Below are positions 21,164-29,967 of a stretch of 64,000 bases of DNA, piece by piece. Source of the stretch: Deltaproteobacteria bacterium (GTDB lineage Bacteria > Desulfobacterota > GWC2-55-46). The notes under the pieces were generated by a model. It was not told where the DNA came from. It was given only the letters and a program-made list of their open reading frames with translations, and ran no database searches. Numbering within the stretch: position 1 is the first letter of the stretch; each line of letters opens with the position of its first letter. Where the stretch lies: NCBI GenBank assembly GCA_016234935.1, contig JACRNL010000010.1, positions 95,617 to 159,616 on the forward strand, read 5' to 3'. Position numbers and translations under genes: made by a program.

Positions 21164-21964
21164 TCAGCTTATGACTATCCCCGCGTATCCCACAACATGG
21201 CCGTAGTCGCCGCTTGTCTCGCCTGAGGTGGCGTATTTAACGAGCCTTGCCTTTTTCGCGCCAAGCTCTTTGGCGGCGACGATAGCGATTGCCGCGGGGA
21301 TCACCCCGCACATGGTGATCCCCTTTTGCGCGGTCACTTGCAGAAGCCCGCTTGCGTCAAGGGCGAGCGCCCTGCCGATGGCAAGCTCGTCCTTTTTCCG
21401 CGTCGTCTTGTCGGACTCGTAGTGGTTCATGTCCGAGCTTACGAGGATGAGCGTGTGCTTGCCGTAGGCGGCAACAACCCTTGCAATGGCAAGGCCCATC
21501 TCAGAGCACTCGTCAAAGTCCGCCCGCATCACCGTAATTGGCACGAAAGACGCATTTTTATTCAACGTGTAAATGAACGGGAGCTGCACCTCCAGCGAAT
21601 GCTCGCGCTCATGCGCCGCCATGTCATCCGAAAAAATATCAGAGGATTCAAGGAGCATGCGGGCAAGCGCCCCGTTGACCTTCATAATGCCAAGCGGCGT
21701 CTCCCACTCGCCATCCGTCATGACGGAGACCATCTCTCCAAGCCCTGTGTGGTTCGGGCCTATGAGGATGATATTGTCCGGTATCTCTATCGAAGAATAA
21801 AGCGCCCCTGCGACATGGCCGGAATAAATATAACCGGCGTGCGGGGAGATGGCCGCCACGGCCTTCTCCTTAGGCGCGTCAATGAGGCAGCCCTTTACGG
21901 CCTTTTCAAGCTGCAGGGCGCTGCCTGGATAAAATTGTCCGGCTACCGCGGGTTTCCTTAACAT
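21164..21964 (-). CDS. amrB: AmmeMemoRadiSam system protein B (MEMO1 family)
   Basis: RKPAVAGQFYP, PHAGYIYSG, GPNH, EHSLEVQLPF, SSDMNHY and MCG motifs. Confidence 0.9.
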   Translation of the reverse strand: MLRKPAVAGQFYPGSALQLEKAVKGCLIDAPKEKAVAAISPHAGYIYSGHVAGALYSSIEIPDNIILIGPNHTGLGEMVSVMTDGEWETPLGIMKVNGALARMLLESSDIFSDDMAAHEREHSLEVQLPFIYTLNKNASFVPITVMRADFDECSEMGLAIARVVAAYGKHTLILVSSDMNHYESDKTTRKKDELAIGRALALDASGLLQVTAQKGITMCGVIPAAIAIVAAKELGAKKARLVKYATSGETSGDYGHVVGYAGIVIS

Positions 21965-22282
21965 GGACAGACCTTTATTTAACATGTCATCGAGCATGTC
22001 CTCGAATGTATCTATCGAGGATGCATCTACCGGGGAAAGGTTTTAGTCCCGCCCCGGAACTTTTATAATCACCAAATATTATCAAAAGGGGTTTTTATTG
22101 TAAAGCACGCCTTTTTAAAAAAGAAGCGCCGGCATCCGCCTCATGGCAGGCACATTAAGCCGCTCTGTTTATCCGGCCGGATTGCAGGTCTTGTAATTTA
22201 ATTATCCCTCTTTTTTTGAGCTATGTCAAAGGGGCGGGGATATGGTATATTTACAGGTTATCAACCTGTAAGGATTGGGACA

Positions 22283-22930
22283 ATGCGCAAAGACCTGCTC
22301 ATATTCGACCTTGACGGCACGCTCATAGATTCGAGCGCAGACATCGCATGGGCGGCCAATAAGACCCTCACGCATATGGGCTGCAAAGAGGAAACAGCCG
22401 AACATATAAAGAAAAACATAGGCTGGGGGGTGAAGGTGCTCCTTGAAAAGCTCATGCCCCATGAAAGCCCTGAAACCATAACCGCCGCGCGCGAAAAGTT
22501 CCTTGAGATATACTCCTCACATCTCGTGGTGGACACATATCTCTACCCTGAAGTGCGCGAGACTATCCTCCATTTCAGCGAAAAAGGCAAAAAAATGGCC
22601 ATCGTGACAAATAAACCCGAAAGGCTTTCGATAAAGATACTTGAGAATTTCGGCCTTTCCAAAAACTTCCATATGGTAGTCGGCGGCGACACGCTGCCGA
22701 GCAGAAAGCCTGACCCGGCGCCGCTCGTAAAGGTCATTAACGACATGCGCGTTGAGGCCACGCGCGCCGTATTCATAGGCGACAGCCCCATTGACGGCGA
22801 GACCGGGAAAAAGGCCGGCGTATTCACCATAGGGGTGCCCTACGGTTACAGGGGCGATATTAAGCTCAGTGACATTGGTTTTGACCTGGTGGTCAGGGAT
22901 TTCAAGGAACTCCAGACCGTGATAGAGTAA
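22283..22930 (+). CDS. HAD hydrolase, phosphoglycolate phosphatase-like
   Basis: FDLDGTLIDS, VTNK, KPDP and IGDS motifs. Confidence 0.88.
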   Translation: MRKDLLIFDLDGTLIDSSADIAWAANKTLTHMGCKEETAEHIKKNIGWGVKVLLEKLMPHESPETITAAREKFLEIYSSHLVVDTYLYPEVRETILHFSEKGKKMAIVTNKPERLSIKILENFGLSKNFHMVVGGDTLPSRKPDPAPLVKVINDMRVEATRAVFIGDSPIDGETGKKAGVFTIGVPYGYRGDIKLSDIGFDLVVRDFKELQTVIE

Positions 22931-23274
22931 CGCAGGGCTAAAACCTTGCCTCAAAACGCCGATTTTACAGTTTCACCGTGTGTTTTACAGTAAGGAAAGG
23001 GAAGCGGTTTTTGTTTCTTATTTTCGCAAGTAAAGACATTAAAGTTTTTTTGGCCGCCTGCGGCGGAGCAAAGTCTACACCAGCCATCACGCCTTAAGTG
23101 ATGCCTTACAGTAACATGCAACTCTTTCCCTTTGCCGTGCGCAGCACCTTTTTTTCAAAAAAGGCAAGTTTCACTTAACCCCTTGTAATCATGAGCGTTA
23201 AAGAGTTATAATATACGGTGTAGCATTCGGATATTCATCCATGTTTTTTTGACCTGCCTTTAAAGAGGGCTGTT

Positions 23275-25500
23275 GTGAAAAAAGAGAGCGACAGAGAGCG
23301 GAAAAGGGAATTCCTTGCCGAGGCCGAAGACATCCTGTCCACTATGGGTAAGGGTCTTTTAAGGCTCGGCAAAGGCGTAAAGGCCGGCATCATAGACCCG
23401 GCGGTATTGAACTCCATATTCCGCTCCGCGCACACATTGAAGGCCAGCTCCAGCGTCTTCGACTTCGCCGATATGGCGCGTCTCAGCCACACCCTTGAAG
23501 ACACCCTCGACATGCTCCGGCACGGACGCATCACGGTCTCCAATGAATGCCTCTCGTCCATAATGACCGCGCATGACCTCCTCGTGAGAATAGCCGCCTC
23601 AAAGGGCCGTAAAGAGTTCCATGAGGAGGTCAAAAAGGTCGAAGCCCTTTTAAGCGCAAAGTCCAGACCCGAAAAAACGGCCGCGGAAGCGCAAATAGAC
23701 AAAGGGCTCCTGTCCACGCTCACGGAATACGAGGCGCACAGGCTCGGAGAGAACATCCGTGAGGGCAAGAACGTATTTATAATCGAAGCAAAGTTCCCCG
23801 TAACTAGCTTTGACAAAATCTACATATCCCTTATAGAGGCGTTAAAACCCTCCTCGGAGCTTATCGCAACGCTTCCTTCCCTGAAAAGGGTTGAACCCTC
23901 TCAGAGGAACGACCACTCTCTGTTCTTCGACATCTACATCGGGACTGACCGTGACAAAGCATGCGTCGTAAACCTCGTAAAAGAGCCTTTTAACGCGTAT
24001 ACCGGGACTGAATATGACAAGGTAACAGAGCCTTTCAGCGCGGGGGTGCGGGGGTTGAATGAAAAAACCCGGGATAAAACAGACGCAGGCGGCGCCTTTG
24101 ATGACCCCTTCCATATCTCCTCCCCCGCACCACTCGCCGCTACAGACGCATCGCTAAACGCAAACAGCCTTACGAGCGAGTGGTGCGGGGAGGGTAGGGT
24201 GGGGGATGCTGAAACGGGCAATCCTCAGCCTGAAAGCCCTGCTCCGCCGTTTGACGACACGCCGCAGGAGACACTCAGAAAACAGACCAAGAGCGTGCGC
24301 GTCAACATAAAAAAACTCGACGGCATAATGAACCTTGTAAGCGAGCTGGGTTTCTTAAAATCCAGCCTCTCGGAGCTTTCCTCGGAGCTTAAAGACGGCA
24401 GCACGCTTCCTTCATACGGCATCCGCCTGTCCCGGATAGAAAAGCTCTTTGAAAAAAAGATAGCGGAATTACGAGACAGCGTGCTCGGCGCAAGGATGAT
24501 CCACATAGGCCAGCTCTTCGGCAGGTTTGATCCCTTTATCGACCGGGTCTCGCGGGAGACGCAAAAAGAGATACGGGTGGTAACATACGGGGATGCGACC
24601 GAGATAGACAAACTCATCATCGAAGAACTCGCGGACCCGCTCATGCACATCGTCAGAAACGTAATAGACCACGCCATAGAGCCGCCTTCTGAAAGAGAGG
24701 CCGCGCACAAGCCGCGCTCCGGCACCATCACCCTGTCGGCCTACCAGAAGGGCAACCACGCCGTCGTGGAGGTCAGGGACGACGGCAGGGGCATAGACGA
24801 AGCGCTTTTGAAAAAAAAGGCCGTGGAAAAAGGCCTGCTGAGCTTCGATGCCGCCAGGGGCCTGTCCCTGCACGAGACGCTTGAGCTTATTTTCCTTCCG
24901 GGCTTTTCCACATGCGACGCCGTAAGCGCGTCATCCGGCAGGGGCGTAGGCATGGACGTGGTAAAGGATAACATCTCGCGCCTTTCGGGCATGATAGACA
25001 TAGAAACCATCCTGGGCAAGGGCACGCGCTTTATCCTTACCATCCCCGTAACCCTCGCGGTAATAGACGCGCTTATCGTTGAAGACGGCGGGATTCGCTA
25101 CGCCCTGCCGCTTAATTCCATCACCGAGGTGGCCGCCGTCACTCCCCTGCCCGCGGACGCCTGCCCGGACGCCTGCGAGGCCGGAGGGCATGTAAACATA
25201 AACGGCAGGGACATGCCTTCAATACGTCTGGGAGACATCCTTGGCCGGAGCGCGTGCGCCTGCGGCTCGTTATGCTCAGGCATAGTGACCGGAGGGCCGG
25301 GCCACAGGCTGTGCATAATCGTGGAACGGATAATCGAAGAGCTTGACGTGATAGTAAAACCCTTGCCGGAGATGATAAAGACCCCCTGCATAGCCGGGGC
25401 CGCGGACCTCGGCGAAAAAGGCGCCGTCCTCCTGCTCGACATCGCGGCCATCACAGACCTGGCCGGAAAGCAGCGCCAAAAACAGTGCGGTCATAGTTGA
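23275..25500 (+). CDS. cheA: Chemotaxis histidine kinase CheA with repeat-derived in-frame inserts
   Basis: FRSAHTLK (P1), HIVRNVIDH, DDGRGID, FLPGFST, SGRGVGMDVV and a CheW-like P5 domain. Confidence 0.93.
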   Translation: MKKESDRERKREFLAEAEDILSTMGKGLLRLGKGVKAGIIDPAVLNSIFRSAHTLKASSSVFDFADMARLSHTLEDTLDMLRHGRITVSNECLSSIMTAHDLLVRIAASKGRKEFHEEVKKVEALLSAKSRPEKTAAEAQIDKGLLSTLTEYEAHRLGENIREGKNVFIIEAKFPVTSFDKIYISLIEALKPSSELIATLPSLKRVEPSQRNDHSLFFDIYIGTDRDKACVVNLVKEPFNAYTGTEYDKVTEPFSAGVRGLNEKTRDKTDAGGAFDDPFHISSPAPLAATDASLNANSLTSEWCGEGRVGDAETGNPQPESPAPPFDDTPQETLRKQTKSVRVNIKKLDGIMNLVSELGFLKSSLSELSSELKDGSTLPSYGIRLSRIEKLFEKKIAELRDSVLGARMIHIGQLFGRFDPFIDRVSRETQKEIRVVTYGDATEIDKLIIEELADPLMHIVRNVIDHAIEPPSEREAAHKPRSGTITLSAYQKGNHAVVEVRDDGRGIDEALLKKKAVEKGLLSFDAARGLSLHETLELIFLPGFSTCDAVSASSGRGVGMDVVKDNISRLSGMIDIETILGKGTRFILTIPVTLAVIDALIVEDGGIRYALPLNSITEVAAVTPLPADACPDACEAGGHVNINGRDMPSIRLGDILGRSACACGSLCSGIVTGGPGHRLCIIVERIIEELDVIVKPLPEMIKTPCIAGAADLGEKGAVLLLDIAAITDLAGKQRQKQCGHS
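23887..23908. repeat. 18-bp micro-insertion (AGGG type) in cheA
   Basis: aggg ttgaa ccct ctcag agga, translated as KRVEPSQR. Confidence 0.8.
24105..24205. repeat. REP-like element with a nested hairpin, in frame in the CheA linker
   Basis: ccccttccatatctcctcccccgcaccactcgc...gcgagtggtgcggggagggtagggtggggg; same flanks as 2037-2084. Confidence 0.8.
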
Positions 25501-25522
25501 CAATGGCTGCCCGGATGCTCAC

Positions 25523-26032
25523 ATGAAAGAAAACCAGAGTAAAAAAAATTATGAAAGCCCTCCGCCCCCTGATGGGGCTGAACCCCCAAAAAAGGGGCAT
25601 GAGCAAAGACATAAGGTCTTCCCGTTTCTCCTCGGGACCAAGGAATATGCGTTCGAGGCTGGAGATGCGCCGGAGGTCTTGAAGGCCATGCCGGTTACCG
25701 AAGTCCCGTCCACGCCCGCCTTCATAAAAGGCATCATACCCTTCAGGGGGGAGATGCTTGCCGTCATTGACCTTAGAAACCGCCTTGGCATGGAAGGCGC
25801 CGCGCAAAAATCGAAGATGTTAATAGCAGGCGCCGATGACCTGAGGGCCGCCTTTCTCGTTGACGCCGTCGCAGGCGTCTGTGAAGCGGACACGCACCCG
25901 CCTGATGCTACGGAGGAAAAAGACGTTTTCGTAAAGGGGATCATTAAGTCGCAAGGGCGCGTCATCCGCGTGCTGTCGCTCGAAAAACTCCTGAATATCA
26001 GCATCAGCATGCCCCCCTGCCCTCCCCCGTGA
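25523..26032 (+). CDS. cheW: CheW coupling protein
   Basis: F.LG..EYA, TEVP..P.FIKGII..RG....VIDLR and VD.V motifs. The N-terminus has a repeat unit (25565-25586) and the C-terminus runs into a REP. Confidence 0.85.
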   Translation: MKENQSKKNYESPPPPDGAEPPKKGHEQRHKVFPFLLGTKEYAFEAGDAPEVLKAMPVTEVPSTPAFIKGIIPFRGEMLAVIDLRNRLGMEGAAQKSKMLIAGADDLRAAFLVDAVAGVCEADTHPPDATEEKDVFVKGIIKSQGRVIRVLSLEKLLNISISMPPCPPP

Positions 26033-26400
26033 AGGGGTTGAACCCCCTCAGGGGGGAGGAGAAATGGAAGGGGTCGTGCCGACAAAAAAATGACTCTCAC
26101 GCGGATGCGCGCGGGCGCCTTGCTTCAGCCTCCTCAATAATCCTTTCTTTTTATCGCGGCAAAGGTTTTATATGCCGTCATTCCCGCCTGCCCCCTGAGG
26201 GGGTTCAACCCTTTGAAAGGGTTCAACCCTCGCGTGCCCCGTTTAAAACCCCCGCTCCCCGATAGAGGCATTCGAGGACATGTTTAGACCTGCGAGGGTT
26301 GAACCCTTTCAAAGGGCAGGCGCGCGAGGGCAGGCTGAAGCAGGGGATATTTTAATCCGCCCTCGAATAGTTGTATCCCCGATACAGACATTCGGGGGGT
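26012..26400. repeat. Cluster of nested palindromic elements, including 18-bp units at 26034-26055, 26191-26230 and 26295-26316
   Basis: gggg ttgaa cccc ctcag gggg; cccc ctgag gggg ttcaa ccct ttgaa aggg ttcaa ccct; aggg ttgaa ccct ttcaa aggg; plus cccgata..cattcg.gg hairpins. Confidence 0.85.
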
Positions 26401-26507
26401 CTCATTTTTTTCATACAGAGCAGGGTTATTTACTTGACATATCCGGCTAATGTTGGCTAAATATAAAATCGCCCGTATTCTTCAATAACATTCAGTTTTA
26501 AGGACAT

Positions 26508-27926
26508 ATGTTCAATAAAGTACTGATCGCAAACAGGGGCGAAATAGCCTCAAGGATAATCCGGGCGTGCAAGGAGCTTGACATCCCCACGGTGGCCATC
26601 TATTCCGAGGAGGACGCCACGTCCCTCTACGTGAAAAAGGCCGACGAATCCTACATGGTCGGCCCCGGCCCGATACAGGGATACCTTAACATCCACCGCC
26701 TTGTCGACCTTGCGATGAAAGTCGGCGTGGACGCGATACACCCGGGCTACGGCTTTTTATCCGAAAACCCGAAGTTCCCGCTCCTTTGCGAGAAAAAGGG
26801 CATTACCTTCATCGGCCCGTCAAGCATGACCATCGCGGACATGGGCAACAAGGTCACGGCCCGCCAGATGATGAAAAAGGCCAACGTGCCGATACTGCCC
26901 GGCACGGATAACTCCGTAAAAGACATTGCCGGGGCCGTCGAATTCGCCGAACAGATAGGCTACCCTGTCATGGTCAAGGCGTCGGGCGGCGGCGGCGGGC
27001 GCGGGCTTCGCGTCGCTAAAAATAAGCAGGAACTGACAAACGCCTTCACAACGGCGCAGAAGGAGTCCGCCGCCGCATTCGGCCTCTCAGAGGTATTTTT
27101 AGAAAAATACATAGACAGGCCGCACCACATAGAGTTTCAGATACTGGCCGACAAGTTCGGCAACACCATACACCTCGGCGAGAGGGACTGCTCCATACAG
27201 AGACGCCATCAAAAGGTGCTTGAGATAACGCCTTCGCTCATCCTCGACCAAGAACTTAGAAGGCGCATGGGCGAGGCGGCGGTAAAGGCCGCCAGGGCCG
27301 CAAACTACACGAACGCCGGAACGATAGAGTTTCTCGTTGACGAGGCGAGGAACTTTTATTTCATAGAGATGAACACCCGCATACAGGTGGAGCATCCGAT
27401 AACCGAAGAGACCACCGGCATAGACCTCGTTAAAAAGCAGATAGAGATAGCCGCTGGCAAGCCCCTTGAACTCAGGCAGGAGGACGTGCGCATAAACGGC
27501 TACGCCATCGAATGCCGCATATGCGCCGAAGACCCGAAGAACAACTTCCTGCCCTCGTTCGGCAAGGTCACGGCCTATTATTCGCCCGGCGGCATAGGGG
27601 TCCGCATAGACGGCGCCATTTACAAGGACTTCATCATACCGAGCCATTACGATTCGCTGATAGTAAAGCTGATAGTAAGGGGATCCACGTGGGACGAGAC
27701 GGTCAGGAGGATGCACCGCTCTCTCGATGAATTCATCGTGCGCGGCGTAAAGACGAACATCCTCTTCCTTAAAAACATAATGGCCGATCCGGACTTCCGC
27801 GCCGGCAGGTTCGACACAGGCTACATAGACAGAAAGCCCGCGCTCATGGACTATAAGGAATACCGCGCGCCAACGGACATCGTTGCCGCCATAGCCGGGG
27901 CCATAGCGGCGCATCACGGCTTTTGA
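26508..27926 (+). CDS. pycA: Pyruvate carboxylase subunit A (biotin carboxylase)
   Basis: IANRGEIA, HPGYGFLSEN, GGGGRG, RDCSIQRRHQK and EMNTRIQVEH motifs; paired with a carboxyltransferase gene. Confidence 0.9.
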   Translation: MFNKVLIANRGEIASRIIRACKELDIPTVAIYSEEDATSLYVKKADESYMVGPGPIQGYLNIHRLVDLAMKVGVDAIHPGYGFLSENPKFPLLCEKKGITFIGPSSMTIADMGNKVTARQMMKKANVPILPGTDNSVKDIAGAVEFAEQIGYPVMVKASGGGGGRGLRVAKNKQELTNAFTTAQKESAAAFGLSEVFLEKYIDRPHHIEFQILADKFGNTIHLGERDCSIQRRHQKVLEITPSLILDQELRRRMGEAAVKAARAANYTNAGTIEFLVDEARNFYFIEMNTRIQVEHPITEETTGIDLVKKQIEIAAGKPLELRQEDVRINGYAIECRICAEDPKNNFLPSFGKVTAYYSPGGIGVRIDGAIYKDFIIPSHYDSLIVKLIVRGSTWDETVRRMHRSLDEFIVRGVKTNILFLKNIMADPDFRAGRFDTGYIDRKPALMDYKEYRAPTDIVAAIAGAIAAHHGF

Positions 27927-27964
27927 AACTACGGAAAGAACCCTACGGAGACGATTCTAAAACA

Positions 27965-29884
27965 ATGCCCGACACCAAAAACAAGAAATCCAAAAACGGG
28001 GATGCCAAAAAGCCCGCCGCCGGTCAGACAGGCTCTAAAAAGACCTGGATAACGGACACGGTCCTCAGGGACTCGCACCAGTCGCTGCTTGCCACGCGCA
28101 TGAGGACGTCCGATATGATTCCCGCCGCCAAAATGCTCGACAAGGTCGGCTACTGGTCGCTTGAGGTATGGGGAGGCGCCACATTCGACGCGTGCCTGAG
28201 GTTTTTAAAGGAAGACCCGTGGGAGAGGCTTAAGCTTTTAAGAAAGATCATACCCAACACGCGCCTTCAGATGCTGCTACGCGGCCAAAACCTCGTGGGA
28301 TACAGGCACTACCCGGACGACGTGGTCAAAAAATTCGTCGAGCGCGCCGCTAAGAACGGCGTTGACGTCTTCAGGATTTTCGACGCCCTTAACGACATAA
28401 GAAACATCGAAGTCTCGATAAAGGCCGCAAAGGACGCAAAGGCCCTTGTCGAGGCGACTATATGCTACACCACAAGCCCCGTGCACACGCACGAAGGGTT
28501 CGCGGACATGGCGCTCAAACTCCAGGCCCTCGGGGCGGACACCATCTGCGTGAAGGACATGGCCGGGCTTTTAACGCCGTGGGCCGCGCATGACCTCGTT
28601 ACCAAGCTCAAACAGAAGATAAATCTTCCGATACACATCCATTCGCACGATTCATCCGGCCTTGCCTCGATGAGCTACTTAAAGGCCATTGAAGCCGGCG
28701 CGCAGATAGTAGACACGGCCATATCGAGCCTCGCGTCGGGGACGTCGCAGCCGCCGACGGAGTCCATTGTCGCGGCCCTGAAGGACACCCCGTACGACAC
28801 CGGTCTCGACCTCGCGCTTTTGTCCGACATAGCCGACTACTTCCGCGACGTAAGAAAAAAATATGTGAAGTTCGAGAGCGAGCACACGGCGATAAACACG
28901 AAGACGCTCGTGGTGCAGGTGCCCGGCGGGATGCTTTCAAACCTCGCGCATCAGCTCAAAGAGCAGAATGCCCTTGACAGGATGAACGACGTCTTCAAGG
29001 AGATACCGCTCGTCCGTAAGGACATGGGCTACCCGCCCCTTGTCACGCCCACAAGCCAGGTCGTCGGCACGCAGGCGACCCTTAACGTCCTCATGGGCGA
29101 CAGATACAAGGTCATAACGAGCGAGACGCGCAACTACTTCAAGGGCCTCTACGGCAGGCCACCCGGCCATGTGGACGAGGGAGCGAGGAAAAAAGCCATC
29201 GGGGACGACAGGCCTATCACCTGCAGACCGGCGGATCTCCTCGAGCCGGAGCTTGACAGGCTCTCAAGGGACCTTGACGGCAAGGCAAAGTCCATCGAAG
29301 ACATTTTAACATACGCGCTCTTTCCCATAGTCGCCCTTGAGTTCTTTGAACAGAGGGAAAACGGCAAGCTCACGCCGGAGCCACTTGAGCCGGCGATAGA
29401 AAGCGCGCCCGGCGGCACGGTCGTGCCGCACCTTGCGCCGAGCGAGTTCATCGTTACCGTGCATGGAGAGTCCTATAAGATAAAGGTCGCCGGGGCGGGG
29501 CACAGGGTCGAGGGCAAAAGGCCGTTCTTTATAACCATCGACAACCGCCTCGAAGAGGTGATGATCGAATCGCTTACAGAGGTCATCCCCACGACGGCCG
29601 GCGAGATAGAACGGTCGTCCATAACGCAGTCATACAGGCGCAAGGCAAAGAAAGAAGGAGACGTCACCACGCCGATACCCGGCAAGGTGACGTCTATAAA
29701 GATTACCGTGGGGGCAAAGGTCTCAGAGGGCGATACCGTGCTGACCGTCGAGGCCATGAAAATGGAAAACGAGGTGCACACGCCGATAAGCGGCGTAGTC
29801 AAGAAGATACTCGTCAAGATCGGCGATACCGTCAATCCGGACGAGACACTCATGGAGATAGAAAAGGAAAATCCGCCGTCCTGA
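27965..29884 (+). CDS. pycB: Pyruvate carboxylase subunit B (OadA-like carboxyltransferase plus biotin carrier)
   Basis: LRDSHQSLLATR, WGGATFD, KDMAG, HSH, VTPTSQ and biotin-attachment EAMKM motifs. Confidence 0.9.
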   Translation: MPDTKNKKSKNGDAKKPAAGQTGSKKTWITDTVLRDSHQSLLATRMRTSDMIPAAKMLDKVGYWSLEVWGGATFDACLRFLKEDPWERLKLLRKIIPNTRLQMLLRGQNLVGYRHYPDDVVKKFVERAAKNGVDVFRIFDALNDIRNIEVSIKAAKDAKALVEATICYTTSPVHTHEGFADMALKLQALGADTICVKDMAGLLTPWAAHDLVTKLKQKINLPIHIHSHDSSGLASMSYLKAIEAGAQIVDTAISSLASGTSQPPTESIVAALKDTPYDTGLDLALLSDIADYFRDVRKKYVKFESEHTAINTKTLVVQVPGGMLSNLAHQLKEQNALDRMNDVFKEIPLVRKDMGYPPLVTPTSQVVGTQATLNVLMGDRYKVITSETRNYFKGLYGRPPGHVDEGARKKAIGDDRPITCRPADLLEPELDRLSRDLDGKAKSIEDILTYALFPIVALEFFEQRENGKLTPEPLEPAIESAPGGTVVPHLAPSEFIVTVHGESYKIKVAGAGHRVEGKRPFFITIDNRLEEVMIESLTEVIPTTAGEIERSSITQSYRRKAKKEGDVTTPIPGKVTSIKITVGAKVSEGDTVLTVEAMKMENEVHTPISGVVKKILVKIGDTVNPDETLMEIEKENPPS

Positions 29885-29967
29885 CGATCCAACGGGCCGC
29901 GCGATAACGTGAAACCGCGCATTTTTTTTTGAGCAGATGCTTTTTCCAACCATAGACGGAGGCGGCC

